DNA from: an uncultured Arcobacteraceae bacterium
GTDB taxonomy: Bacteria; Campylobacterota; Campylobacteria; Campylobacterales; Arcobacteraceae
Direction of reading: 5' to 3'
DNA length: 64,000 nt
NCBI GenBank assembly: GCA_964022095.1
Contig: CAXHZO010000001.1
Coordinates: forward strand, 256,001-320,000
The first letter of the stretch is position 1; every line of letters starts with the position of its first letter. The position numbers and the translations under genes are program-made. Under the pieces are notes generated by a model, which saw only the letters and a list, made by a program, of their open reading frames with translations, had not been told where the DNA came from and ran no database searches. This document shows, in pieces, positions 1 through 10,254 of the stretch.

Positions 1-1760
1 ATTCTATCAGTTAAAACTAAAATCTTTCTTGTTATATTATCTTTTATAGCCTTAATAATTAAATTATTTCTCTTTTCATCTATTGATAATTCATTAATTA
101 TAGTTGAATAGTTATCAGCTTCACTAACAAACTCTGTTCTAATTACTTTTAATTTATTATAGTGAGTTCTTTTCTTTTTATATTCATAGGAAATATTACC
201 TAATTGCTGAAAAAGTATTGGATCTAGGCCATCTTTTCTATTAGGTGTTGCACTTAAACCTAAAATATACTTACCCTTAAAGTTTTTTATTATTTGTTCA
301 AATGTAACAGCTGGAATATGATGGCATTCATCTACAATAACAAATGAGTAATTGTTTATTATTTTTGGGTCATTTTTTAAACTTTGCATTGTTGCAACAT
401 CAATTGTGCTATTTAATTTATTATGCCCTTTTCCTAAATAACCAATCTCTTTTTTTCCATAATCAAAATAATCAACAAACCTTTCAATCCATTGATTTAA
501 AAGCATATTTTTATTTACAACAATAAGAGTAGAACAAGCTCTTTGTTCAAACATTTTTGCACCAATTAAAGTTTTACCAAATCCTGGAGGTGCAACACAA
601 ATTGAAAAATCCTCTTTCATAATTTGATTTATTGCTTCTGTTTGTTCTGGTCTTAAAGTAAACTTTACTTCTTTTGTTTGAGTAGATTGGAATACTCTTT
701 TATCTTCTATTTTGTATTTAACTTCATTTTCATTAAAAAAATCTAAAACTGTCTGTTTTAATCCCCGTGGAAGCATCAAATATTTCTCATCTTCTTCAAA
801 AGACTTAATTACCCGTGGAGTATTATAAAGAGGCTTTCTAAGGCTTAATAGAACTTTTATCTGGGGATTGTCAAAAGAAGCAAATGCTTTTAGTTTATTA
901 ATGAAACTTTTTGATAAATTAAATGTTGGAATATATAAAAAATCAAATAAAGTTATATTGATTTCATTTACTGGTAATTCTATATCATCAAACTCTTTTA
1001 TAACACTTACCATCTGTGAGTTTTCAGAATAATTATAAACTACATCTTTTTGTACTTTTTGTACTGAGTTTAGAATCATCCATTGATCTTCATAAATTTT
1101 GTTTGTATTTGCATCAATAAATACTGTTTTATTTTTATTTCTATTTTCTAAATGTAAAGGTAATTCTAAAGTAGCACCTAAAGTTGCTTTTGTAGCAAAC
1201 TCTCTATCTGGATAAATTTTTCCAGTTATATTTGCTTTTTTTAATATAAATTGAGCAAAATTAAATACTATTTTTGATGAAATTTCTTCTTCTAAAAATA
1301 TCCAAGCTACTAAATTGTTATAAGAGTTTAATTCATAATAAGCTCTAACATTAATTGAATTTAGTGCAATTTGTAATTTGAATTTATCTTCATCTAATAT
1401 TTGCATTGCAATAAATTTTGATTTATTTTGATTGTTTATACAATAAGTTGCAAGAAAAGATTGACCTCTTAAATGTTCTTCAATCTCTTTGTTTGTTAAA
1501 GGCAAATAATCTTCACCTCTAAAAGTTTGTGTTACGGGGAAAAAGTTTTGTTTAGTTCCATCTTTATTTACCCATTTTTTGGCATAAATATCAAATCTTC
1601 CAATAAATAAAGATTTAAACAATTCTATTTTTTCATCTTTAGAAAACTCTTTTTTTAGAGTCGTTTGCTCTTGAATTTGTTGTTCTAAAGATAAAATTTC
1701 TTTCTCTATTTCTTCTTTTTTTAAATATAAAGATTTTAGTTTATTTTTAAGATTTATCAT
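1..1760 (-). CDS. SF2 (DEAD/DEAH-type) helicase with N-terminal degenerate primase-like (TOTE-type AEP) domain; runs off the left edge
   Basis: Not in the ORF track. Hand translation from ATG 1760 gives MINLKNKLKSLY...KIELFKSLFIGRFDIYAKKW, Walker A APPGFGKT (570-593), VDECHH (318-335) and GLSATP, all in one frame. Confidence 0.85.
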   Translation of the reverse strand, partial: MINLKNKLKSLYLKKEEIEKEILSLEQQIQEQTTLKKEFSKDEKIELFKSLFIGRFDIYAKKWVNKDGTKQNFFPVTQTFRGEDYLPLTNKEIEEHLRGQSFLATYCINNQNKSKFIAMQILDEDKFKLQIALNSINVRAYYELNSYNNLVAWIFLEEEISSKIVFNFAQFILKKANITGKIYPDREFATKATLGATLELPLHLENRNKNKTVFIDANTNKIYEDQWMILNSVQKVQKDVVYNYSENSQMVSVIKEFDDIELPVNEINITLFDFLYIPTFNLSKSFINKLKAFASFDNPQIKVLLSLRKPLYNTPRVIKSFEEDEKYLMLPRGLKQTVLDFFNENEVKYKIEDKRVFQSTQTKEVKFTLRPEQTEAINQIMKEDFSICVAPPGFGKTLIGAKMFEQRACSTLIVVNKNMLLNQWIERFVDYFDYGKKEIGYLGKGHNKLNSTIDVATMQSLKNDPKIINNYSFVIVDECHHIPAVTFEQIIKNFKGKYILGLSATPNRKDGLDPILFQQLGNISYEYKKKRTHYNKLKVIRTEFVSEADNYSTIINELSIDEKRNNLIIKAIKDNITRKILVLTDR

Positions 1761-2184
1761 GACCTATTGCATTAGATGGTGAGACTACTAAATTATTGAT
1801 TTTATTTTCAACTTCATTGTATTTACTTTTTAGTTCAGAATTCTTTCTAATACCTCTACCCTCAAACTTCCCATTTGTTTCAATTATTAGTTCATTATAT
1901 CTCATATCACCTATAACTTTTCCTTTTGAAAGTATTTGTACTTCATTACAATCTATTTTCCCATCAAAAAGTCCATTTACAACTAAGTTATTAGCTTTGA
2001 TATCCCCTATAACTTCTCCTGTTGGGCCAATAGAGATTACATCAGCTTCTAATATTACACCTTCAAACTTGCCATCAATATGAACAGTTCCCTTTGTATT
2101 TATTCCACCAATTATACAAGTACCTTCAGCAATTATCGTAGCTGAGTTTGATGACTGTTTATCAAATTTATTAAAGACTCCCAC
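1747..2184 (-). CDS. Bactofilin (CcmA-type polymer-forming cytoskeletal protein)
   Basis: TIIAEGT..G.I...G.VHIDGKFEG beta-helix pattern; directly downstream of an M23 peptidase. Confidence 0.9.
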   Translation of the reverse strand: MGVFNKFDKQSSNSATIIAEGTCIIGGINTKGTVHIDGKFEGVILEADVISIGPTGEVIGDIKANNLVVNGLFDGKIDCNEVQILSKGKVIGDMRYNELIIETNGKFEGRGIRKNSELKSKYNEVENKINNLVVSPSNAIGHDKS

Positions 2185-3041
2185 TCTATTTTCCTTTCTT
2201 TTTTAAATATCTCTTCGAAATTTTTTAAATTCCAATCAATAAATCGTTTTGGACTTAAGACTTTATTTGCATATCTAACTTCATAATGTAAATGAGGAGC
2301 AGTACTTCTACCACTACTTCCCACAAGTCCAAGAATTTGGCCTTTTTTTACAATATCCCCAACATTTACATAGGTTTTATACATATGAGCAAAAACTGTT
2401 TTAAAACCATAATTATGTTGCACCTTTACAACTCTACCATAATCACCAATATTTCTTGATTGTACATGAGTAACAATACCATCAGCTGTTGCCCTAATAG
2501 GTGTTTTTCTAGGTGCTGCAATATCTAAACCTCTATGAAATTGTCTTTTTTTTGTAATTGGATTTATTCTATATCCATACCCTGAAGAGTAACGCATATT
2601 ATCTATTGGTTTTCCATTTGGGATTAAGTTTAGTGCATATTTCTTTTTATTATCATTAATAGTATCTAATGTTTTTTTAGTAATCTCTTCTTTAGTATCA
2701 TCATCTTCTATACCAATGATAGTATGAATTTCATCAAGCTTAGAACTAAGCTCTTCTATATCTTCTACTTTACTTTTAATCTGCATTGAATAGAGTTTAT
2801 TTTGAGATACTAATTTATTCTCTTTTTCTTTTAAAACTTTTAATTGAGACTCTTGTATATCTTTTGATTGTTTTACTTGATCAACTTGAAGTGATAAATA
2901 GCTTATAAATAGGAAACTACCAAGGAGCAAGGCAATTATTGAGATTGAAATTATTATAAAGAATTTTCTAAAAAGTTGATGTATATTATAAGATTTTGTA
3001 CCTTTTACATCTGAAATTGTAATTATTAATCTATTTTTCAT
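2133..3041 (-). CDS. M23 family peptidoglycan metallopeptidase (Csd1-like cell-shape protein)
   Basis: HRGLD and HLHYEV motifs, N-terminal TM helix and coiled coil. Confidence 0.92.
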   Translation of the reverse strand: MKNRLIITISDVKGTKSYNIHQLFRKFFIIISISIIALLLGSFLFISYLSLQVDQVKQSKDIQESQLKVLKEKENKLVSQNKLYSMQIKSKVEDIEELSSKLDEIHTIIGIEDDDTKEEITKKTLDTINDNKKKYALNLIPNGKPIDNMRYSSGYGYRINPITKKRQFHRGLDIAAPRKTPIRATADGIVTHVQSRNIGDYGRVVKVQHNYGFKTVFAHMYKTYVNVGDIVKKGQILGLVGSSGRSTAPHLHYEVRYANKVLSPKRFIDWNLKNFEEIFKKERKIEWESLINLINSHQTQLR

Positions 3042-4200
3042 TGAAGCCTATTAAAGTTAAAAATTTCTCAACTACTAAAAATGAACCAAATACTAAGTAT
3101 TCTTCATTCTTATTTATTTCAAGTGAGTTAGATTGTATTATATTTAATTCTTTTATAATTTCTAATAAATTATTTTTATCTACAATCCTTTTATCTTCAA
3201 TAGGAATAATAATTATTTTATTTATTATTGGCTTTAATATCCTTAATACTTCTTTGTAATCTTTATCTGCATAGGAGTTATAAATAAGTGTAATCTTTCT
3301 ATCTTTGAACTCATTTTGTAAAGCCCTTGCAGCTAAAGGATTATGACCTACATCTATAGTAACATTAGGTGCGATTTTTTGACATCTTCCAAAAAGCTTA
3401 ACATCATCAAAAATGCTTAAATCAATTTCAATATTTAACTCTTCTAAACATCTAAGAACCAAGTGAATATTTCTTTTTAAATATGAAGCAAAGTTGTTAT
3501 TCAAAAGATACTTATTAAAATCTTCTACTTTAATTATATTTATGTCTGTATTTCTTTGCTCTTTTATTTGTTTTTTTACTTCATTTGCACTTGAATATAC
3601 TTCATCATGTATTTGATAACCAATTATCATTTTATTATCAACCGAACGCATTTTTGTTTGAGCTATCTCTTCTACACTATTACCTAGAAAGCTTTGATGG
3701 TCTAAATCAATAGTTGTAATTAAGGATAAATTATTTTCAATTACATTTGTTGCATCAAACTCTCCACCAAGTCCAGCTTCTAATACTACATAATCCATAT
3801 CTTTTGATAAGTATAGTGCTAAAAGTGTTGTGTATTCAAAGTATGTAAGTTTCTTTAGTAGTTCTGTGTCATATATTTCTTGAAGAAAATTATGGGCAGT
3901 ATTTAATACCTCATCACTAACATCACTACCATTTATCCATATTCGTTCATTGAATTTTACTATATGAGGTGAACTGTAGTGTAGGACTTTGAAATCTTTT
4001 TTATTTAAGTAGTGTGCTAGAAATCTTCCAGTACTTCCTTTTCCATTAGTTCCAACAATATGAATTACATAAGGAGTTTTAATTTTAGAGCTTAGTATTT
4101 CCCATGATCTATTTACAATTGAAAAATCTATTTTGTCATAATAAAGAGTTTTATACTCTAAAAACTCTGATAAAGAGCATTTTTTTAAGTCTTGAGTCAT
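3031..4200 (-). CDS. folC: Folylpolyglutamate synthase/dihydrofolate synthase
   Basis: HIVGTNGKGST, EAGLGGEFDATN, DVGHNP motifs. Confidence 0.95.
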   Translation of the reverse strand: MTQDLKKCSLSEFLEYKTLYYDKIDFSIVNRSWEILSSKIKTPYVIHIVGTNGKGSTGRFLAHYLNKKDFKVLHYSSPHIVKFNERIWINGSDVSDEVLNTAHNFLQEIYDTELLKKLTYFEYTTLLALYLSKDMDYVVLEAGLGGEFDATNVIENNLSLITTIDLDHQSFLGNSVEEIAQTKMRSVDNKMIIGYQIHDEVYSSANEVKKQIKEQRNTDINIIKVEDFNKYLLNNNFASYLKRNIHLVLRCLEELNIEIDLSIFDDVKLFGRCQKIAPNVTIDVGHNPLAARALQNEFKDRKITLIYNSYADKDYKEVLRILKPIINKIIIIPIEDKRIVDKNNLLEIIKELNIIQSNSLEINKNEEYLVFGSFLVVEKFLTLIGFNEK

Positions 4201-4739
4201 TTCTTAAAAGAGTAAACAGCAATCTTTGATAAGACTTCATCCATTGCATCTTCACTAGCATTTTTAATGGCATCAAATCTTTTTGTATCTGTGATAGTTG
4301 AGCCATCATCAACTGAGAAGTTGTGCTCACCTGTAACTGTGAATTTTCTTTTTTCATTTGTAGCTTTTTTAGTGTAGTTAACTAAAATATCTACTACTGC
4401 TTTATAAAGTTTGTTATACCCATCAATATCATATTGTAATGTTTTCATATTAACTGAATTGATTCTTAAGTACATAATAGTATCAGCTAAACTCTCATCA
4501 TGAACAAGTTTTGAACCTATTTTTTGTGCTAATATTTGATTCATTGAATCTTTTATTAAAACAACATTTTTAGGATCTTTTAAATCTACAAAAAGTTTAA
4601 CAAATACTTTACCTTTCAATTCTTTTTTAGCATAATGAATTGAAGGTTTATATCCACAACCAGTAAATACTGAACTAAAAACAAAAGATAAGAAAAGTAC
4701 AAATAGTACTTTTTTTGAAAATATATTTATACTTTTCAT
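4197..4739 (-). CDS. lptE: LPS assembly lipoprotein LptE-like
   Basis: Lipobox-like FTGC followed by GYKP; position downstream of leuS. Confidence 0.75.
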   Translation of the reverse strand: MKSINIFSKKVLFVLFLSFVFSSVFTGCGYKPSIHYAKKELKGKVFVKLFVDLKDPKNVVLIKDSMNQILAQKIGSKLVHDESLADTIMYLRINSVNMKTLQYDIDGYNKLYKAVVDILVNYTKKATNEKRKFTVTGEHNFSVDDGSTITDTKRFDAIKNASEDAMDEVLSKIAVYSFKK

Positions 4740-4745
4740 GAACTT

Positions 4746-7211
4746 TTACCCTTTAACCACTAAGTTTACTAGTTTATTTGGAACAACGATTTCTTTTATA
4801 ATCTCTTTATCTTCTAACCATTTAGCCCCAGCTTCTTTAGCAAGTGCTAGAACTTCATCTTTTGAAGCGCTTGGATTTACTTCAATCTCACATCTTTTTT
4901 TACCATTAATTGTAACAGCTAAAGCAATTGAATCTAATGCAAATACTTCTTCTTTAACTTCTAGTTTGTCATCAAAGTTTTCTAAAGAGAATAACTCTTT
5001 TGATAACTCCCAAGAGGCATGAGGAATAACTGGTTCTAAAATGTTTGTTAAAACATAATAACCTTCTGCCCAAACTAATTCATTCTTTTGAGCTTGAAGT
5101 GCATTAAGTGCTTCCATACAAGCAGCAATCAATGTATTAAAAGTATATGTTTTTGTGAAAACTTCATTAGATTTTTCTAATGCTTCATATACTTTTCTTC
5201 TAGCTTCTTTTTCTTCTTTATTTAAAGATGAATGATCAATATTTTTAAAGTTTTCTAATGCTTCTTTAGTAACATTTGCAGATCTTTCAAAGAATTTTTT
5301 GATAAATCTAAATGAACCATCAACAGCACTATCATTCCACTCTAACTCTTTTGTTGGAGGGGCTGCAAAAAGCATAAATAATCTAGCAGTATCTGCTCCA
5401 TATTTTTCAACAATTAAATCTGGATCTACAACGTTTCCTTTTGATTTAGACATTTTTGCACCATCTTTTAAAACCATACCTTGAGTAAGTAATCTTTTAA
5501 ATGGCTCTTTTGAATCTGTATATCCTAAATCATTTAGAACTTTTGTAAAGAATCTTGCATAAAGTAAGTGTAAAATTGCATGTTCAATTCCACCAATATA
5601 CTGATCAACATCCATCCAGTAATCACTATCTTCTTTTGAAATTCCTACATCATTCCATTTTTTATGGTCAGTTGCATATCTTAAGAAATACCATGAAGAT
5701 TGAACAAATGTATCTAATGTATCTGTTTCTCTTGTTGCTTCTTTACCACACTTAGGACATGTAGTATGTTTCCAAGTTGGATGAGTATCTAATGGATTTC
5801 CCTCACCTGTGATTTCTACATCTTCTGGAAGTGCGATTGGTAAATTCTCAGATTTTTCAGGAACTAATCCACAATCATCACAATGTACAAATGGAATTGG
5901 AGCTCCCCAATATCTTTGTCTAGAAACACCCCAATCTCTTAGTTTGAAGTTTACTTTTTTAACTCCGTAAGAGTTTTGTTCAAAGTGATAAATTATTGCT
6001 TTTTTTGCTTTTGTATTTTTAAGTCCAGTAAAGCTTTCAGAGTTGATTAATTCACCCTCTCCTGTAAATGCTTCAGTTGGATTTTCAATAACACCTTCAG
6101 GTCCTGCAATTACTTGTTTGATTGGTAAATCATACTTCTTTGCAAATTCAAAGTCTCTTTGATCATGAGCAGGTACAGCCATAACTGCACCGCCACCATA
6201 AGAGCTTAATACAAAGTTTGCAACCCATACAGGTATTTTTTCACCAGTTATTGGATGAACAACATCAATTTCAAGTGAAATTCCCTCTTTTTCTTGAGTA
6301 GCTCTATCTCTTTCACTAACTTTTTGCATCTCTTTTATTGCATTGATTTTCTTTTCTGGCAATAATTTGTGCTCTACAATATATTTTACAATTGGATGTT
6401 CTGGAGCAAGTGCTGAGTATGAAATACCATAAATTGTATCTGGTCTTGTTGTAAATACTAAATATTTAGTAAACTGTCTATCAAGCTTAATTCTTGAATC
6501 ATAATCAATTTGGAATTTAAATTCTAAACCTTCACTTCTACCAATCCAATTTTCTTGCATTGTTAAAACTTGACTTGGCCAATCATTTTCTAGTAAAGAT
6601 AAATCATCTAATAATTCTTGAGCATACTTAGTAATACCAATATAATATCCAGGCATCTCTTTTTGCTCAACTGGAGTATCACATCTCCAACAACATCCCT
6701 CTTCTACTTGCTCATTTGCAAGTACTGTGTGACATGGTTCACACCAGTTTACTGTTGTTGATTTTCTATATAATAGCTCTTTTTCATACATTTTGATTAT
6801 GAATTCTTGTTCCCACTTTGTGTATAGTTCATCACTAGTTGCAAACTCTTGAGTTTCGCTAAATGATAAACCTAAAGCTTTTAACTCGCTTCTCATATAA
6901 TCAATATTTTCGTATGTCCATTTTTTTGGATGTAATTTATTTTTAATTGCTGCATTTTCAGCAGGCATTCCAAAACTATCCCATCCAATTGGATGTAAAA
7001 CATTGTAATCAGCTTTTCTGAAGTGTCTAGCGAAAGCATCACCTAAACAATAATTTCTAACATGTCCCATGTGGATTCTACCACTTGGGTAAGGAAACAT
7101 ACTTAAAATATATTTCTTTTGTTTTGTTTTATCATCGCTTGGTTCAAAAGATTGATTTTCACTCCAGTAGTTTTGCCATTTTTGCTCAATCTCTTTTGAA
7201 TTATATTCCAT
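4746..7211 (-). CDS. leuS: Leucine--tRNA ligase
   Basis: [11 protein letters not shown] and KMSKS motifs. Confidence 0.98.
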   Translation of the reverse strand: MEYNSKEIEQKWQNYWSENQSFEPSDDKTKQKKYILSMFPYPSGRIHMGHVRNYCLGDAFARHFRKADYNVLHPIGWDSFGMPAENAAIKNKLHPKKWTYENIDYMRSELKALGLSFSETQEFATSDELYTKWEQEFIIKMYEKELLYRKSTTVNWCEPCHTVLANEQVEEGCCWRCDTPVEQKEMPGYYIGITKYAQELLDDLSLLENDWPSQVLTMQENWIGRSEGLEFKFQIDYDSRIKLDRQFTKYLVFTTRPDTIYGISYSALAPEHPIVKYIVEHKLLPEKKINAIKEMQKVSERDRATQEKEGISLEIDVVHPITGEKIPVWVANFVLSSYGGGAVMAVPAHDQRDFEFAKKYDLPIKQVIAGPEGVIENPTEAFTGEGELINSESFTGLKNTKAKKAIIYHFEQNSYGVKKVNFKLRDWGVSRQRYWGAPIPFVHCDDCGLVPEKSENLPIALPEDVEITGEGNPLDTHPTWKHTTCPKCGKEATRETDTLDTFVQSSWYFLRYATDHKKWNDVGISKEDSDYWMDVDQYIGGIEHAILHLLYARFFTKVLNDLGYTDSKEPFKRLLTQGMVLKDGAKMSKSKGNVVDPDLIVEKYGADTARLFMLFAAPPTKELEWNDSAVDGSFRFIKKFFERSANVTKEALENFKNIDHSSLNKEEKEARRKVYEALEKSNEVFTKTYTFNTLIAACMEALNALQAQKNELVWAEGYYVLTNILEPVIPHASWELSKELFSLENFDDKLEVKEEVFALDSIALAVTINGKKRCEIEVNPSASKDEVLALAKEAGAKWLEDKEIIKEIVVPNKLVNLVVKG

Positions 7212-7555
7212 TAAAACTCTTCCTTATCTTGACTTTTTGCACTTTCAATTAAAGCTAATGCTATAGAGAAAACGTTTGCTACAACTGCACCAATTGCTAA
7301 TGAAATAGCAAGTGGTAAATCATTTGTAAATGTTAATACCATAAATGCTGGAATCAGGTGTAAATCTGCTACTAATGAACTCGCTAATAACTCTGCTGCT
7401 AGTAAGTTTCTAACACCAAGTTTTAATACTGTTGAAATTACGTTTACTGCTGCTGCTACAAATAATGCAATTGCATTTGGTTCATATAAAAATCCTGCAG
7501 TAGTTGTAAGAGACATTAGTGAAAAGAAAATATAAGTTACTTTACCCCAATCCAT
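7211..7555 (-). CDS. Conserved Campylobacterota membrane protein (DUF6394-like)
   Basis: Hydrophobic 114-aa ORF with [12 protein letters not shown]; usual position between secF and leuS. Confidence 0.7.
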   Translation of the reverse strand: MDWGKVTYIFFSLMSLTTTAGFLYEPNAIALFVAAAVNVISTVLKLGVRNLLAAELLASSLVADLHLIPAFMVLTFTNDLPLAISLAIGAVVANVFSIALALIESAKSQDKEEF

Positions 7556-7637
7556 AGTTATCCTTTGTTTTGTGCGTTATAAATGGCTGATATTTTAGCC
7601 AAAAAAACCTGAATAATTACTTGTTTAAGGTATTTCA

Positions 7638-8111
7638 TCAAGGCTTTAATTTTCTTTGTTTAAAAGCTATTAGCATTTTGTATATCAAGTATAGTATTAT
7701 TAGTTTTAATAATATTTGTATAATTAAATAAAATCCAAAACCATCAATAAATAGTTCTGCTGGGTTTAAATTATGTAGTAATAAATTAAAAGTTAAATCA
7801 TTTGTGAAAAGAAAATATAAACACACAGAAAGATACATAGTAAATATTAAGAATTTCTCTTTTTCCATAAATACAATAGTATAAATACTATTCCAAATAA
7901 ATAATACTATTAAAAAAGCAATAGATAACTCTTTTGCAATGCCATCACTTATAGGTTCAACAAAAACTTGAGCTTTTTGAACTAGGCTATACTCAATTAT
8001 TGAAGAGATGAACTCAAATAAAAAAATCCAGTTTAATGTTAGTAACCAATTTTTTCCATGGTTTGAAGTGAGTGAATCAAATTTATATTTTATATTGTTA
8101 ATTGTATGCAT
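7638..8111 (-). CDS. Hypothetical membrane protein
   Basis: 157-aa ORF with about four hydrophobic segments; RBS AGGA and TGGTATAAT upstream. Confidence 0.65.
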   Translation of the reverse strand: MHTINNIKYKFDSLTSNHGKNWLLTLNWIFLFEFISSIIEYSLVQKAQVFVEPISDGIAKELSIAFLIVLFIWNSIYTIVFMEKEKFLIFTMYLSVCLYFLFTNDLTFNLLLHNLNPAELFIDGFGFYLIIQILLKLIILYLIYKMLIAFKQRKLKP

Positions 8112-8224
8112 AAAATTTTCCTACAAAAGAAAAATGAGATACTAAAATTATACCAATTTTTATTCAAAAAGAAAGAGTAATTTTTAGTAATACTAAAAAA
8201 TATCCCAAAAGAACAAATAAAATA

Positions 8225-9160
8225 CTAAGCAGATTCATAAACTATTTCCTCTTTTATTTTTAATCCATCATCAATTGATTTGCATGCTTTAAAAATAAAT
8301 TTATTTAAAGTTTCTAATCCATTATTCTTAACTAATTTTACTCTGCCTTCATCTAGAACCTTATTTCTAACTATATGTCTAGCTAGAATTTCTGAAGAGC
8401 TATTTGTTGAATTTAACACTACTATATTTTTAATGTTTGATTCTAATGCTTTTTCAAAATACAATAAACTATTTTTTTCATCTTCTAATATAATTACAAC
8501 TTCATAATTTTTATCTAAAACTTTATTTGTATTATCAATAGAGTTTAAAAGTATTACTTCATCTAAAAGCTTTATCTTTTTTTGTATATTACCTTTTAAA
8601 TCGCAAAGCGTTGTTTGCCAACTTAACTGTTCACAGTTTTTTATAAGCTCAATATAACCCTTTGATGCACCCAATATCAATACTTTTGTAGGAGAATTAA
8701 TCTCATCATAAAAAATGTTGCTACTGTTTTTATATAAATTATTATCTTCATTAAAATAAGGAACAAAACTATGTGCTCCAGAAAACTTAGTAGAACGAAG
8801 AAGTGTCATTTTTTGATTTTTAATTGCGTAGTTTAGTGCCTGACCAATATAGCCATAACTATTTTCAACATAAAAAGGTTCAACCCAACAATATATAGTT
8901 TTAGAATTTACACTTTTTGTAAATGCTAAAAACTTACCTTTTTTATTTTTGATAATTTCAGAAGTGTAAGTAAAAATAAATTTTTTTAATTCTGTTTCAA
9001 ATTCAAAACCTATAGATTCATTATTTGTATTTATTAACATCATTCTAGTACTTTTTTTAAATGATGAATCATTCTTTTCTAAAACATTAATACAAAGAAT
9101 ATCATTAGATTGTTTTTTTGATTTTTGTAAGAACTTAATATATTTTTTATTTTCAAACAT
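8225..9160 (-). CDS. Highly divergent XdhC/CoxI-family (molybdenum cofactor chaperone-like) protein
   Basis: Domain order and residual motifs resemble XdhC: SSFKKSTRMMLI...G and PTKVLILGA...WQTTLCD. Conserved C-terminal motifs are eroded. Confidence 0.55.
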   Translation of the reverse strand: MFENKKYIKFLQKSKKQSNDILCINVLEKNDSSFKKSTRMMLINTNNESIGFEFETELKKFIFTYTSEIIKNKKGKFLAFTKSVNSKTIYCWVEPFYVENSYGYIGQALNYAIKNQKMTLLRSTKFSGAHSFVPYFNEDNNLYKNSSNIFYDEINSPTKVLILGASKGYIELIKNCEQLSWQTTLCDLKGNIQKKIKLLDEVILLNSIDNTNKVLDKNYEVVIILEDEKNSLLYFEKALESNIKNIVVLNSTNSSSEILARHIVRNKVLDEGRVKLVKNNGLETLNKFIFKACKSIDDGLKIKEEIVYESA

Positions 9161-9193
9161 TTTATAATTATCCTAATCTTTTAAATTAGTGTA

Positions 9194-9247
9194 ATTATAA
9201 AATAAGTTTATAGCCCTCGTATAGCCCTAAAATAGCGTATTTATAGC
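9194..9247 (-). promoter_or_regulatory. Four tandem GCTA boxes (11-bp period) plus -10 TATAAT upstream of the XdhC-like gene
   Basis: Plus-strand TAGC at 9211, 9222, 9233 and 9244; ATTATA at 9194-9199. Confidence 0.8.
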
Positions 9248-9285
9248 GAATGTTTTTTATACAAGTGTATAAATAAAACTATGTA

Positions 9286-10254
9286 CTAAACAGTTCCCTG
9301 CTCGTACATAGCTCTGATTTTTTCTTTCTCTTTTTGTCTTTTTAACTTTTCTGCTTCTTTTGATCTAAAATTAGCAATTGAAAATTTTAATTGAACTAAA
9401 AATGATGCTGCGATAAAAATAGATGAATAAGTACCTACAATAATACCTACAAGCATTGTAAAGGCAAATCCATGAATAATCTCTCCACCAAAGAAGAATA
9501 GCGTAATAACAACAAAGAATGTTGTTAATGACGTAAGAGTTGTTCTTGATAATGTTTTACTCACTGATTCATTTACAACTTTTTCTAATACTGATTCTTT
9601 AGAAGTTTGAACTCCCTCTCTAATCCTATCAAATACAATAATTGTATCGTTTAGCGAGTATCCTAAGATTGTAAGAATAGCAGCTAAAATATCTAAATTT
9701 ACTTCAATATTAAATAGAGCAATTGCACCAAGTGCAATAGTAACATCATGTGCTAAAGCCAAAATAGAAGCAACGGCAAATCTCCACTCAAATCTAAATG
9801 ATACATAGATTAAGATTACAAGTAATGATAAACCTAACGCCATAAGACCTTTTTCTCTAAGCTCTCCACCAACTTTTGGTCCAACCATATCAACTCTTCT
9901 GATTTCAAACTTACCAGTTGAGTCTAAGATTTTGTGCATCTCATCACCGATGTCATTAGCTAAGTTACTTGAAGTACCCTTAACTCTAATTACAATCTCT
10001 TCAGGAGACCCAAACTCTGTAATTGAAGAGTTTGTATATTTCGTCTTATCTAGTGTTTCTCTAATTTTATCAATTGGTGCTTTTTGTTCATATTGAACTT
10101 GAACAACCGTACCACCTGCAAAGTCAATACCAAAATTTACACCCTTTGTAAAAAGTAAAACTATTGAAGCAATAACTAAAAGACTTGATAAACCTAAAAA
10201 AGGTAATCTCTTTGACATAAAGTCAAATGTTTTATCTACTTTGAAAAATTCCAT
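9286..10254 (-). CDS. secF: Protein translocase subunit SecF
   Basis: GIDFAGG, VGPKVG, GYSLNDTIIVFDRIRE. Confidence 0.97.
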   Translation of the reverse strand: MEFFKVDKTFDFMSKRLPFLGLSSLLVIASIVLLFTKGVNFGIDFAGGTVVQVQYEQKAPIDKIRETLDKTKYTNSSITEFGSPEEIVIRVKGTSSNLANDIGDEMHKILDSTGKFEIRRVDMVGPKVGGELREKGLMALGLSLLVILIYVSFRFEWRFAVASILALAHDVTIALGAIALFNIEVNLDILAAILTILGYSLNDTIIVFDRIREGVQTSKESVLEKVVNESVSKTLSRTTLTSLTTFFVVITLFFFGGEIIHGFAFTMLVGIIVGTYSSIFIAASFLVQLKFSIANFRSKEAEKLKRQKEKEKIRAMYEQGTV

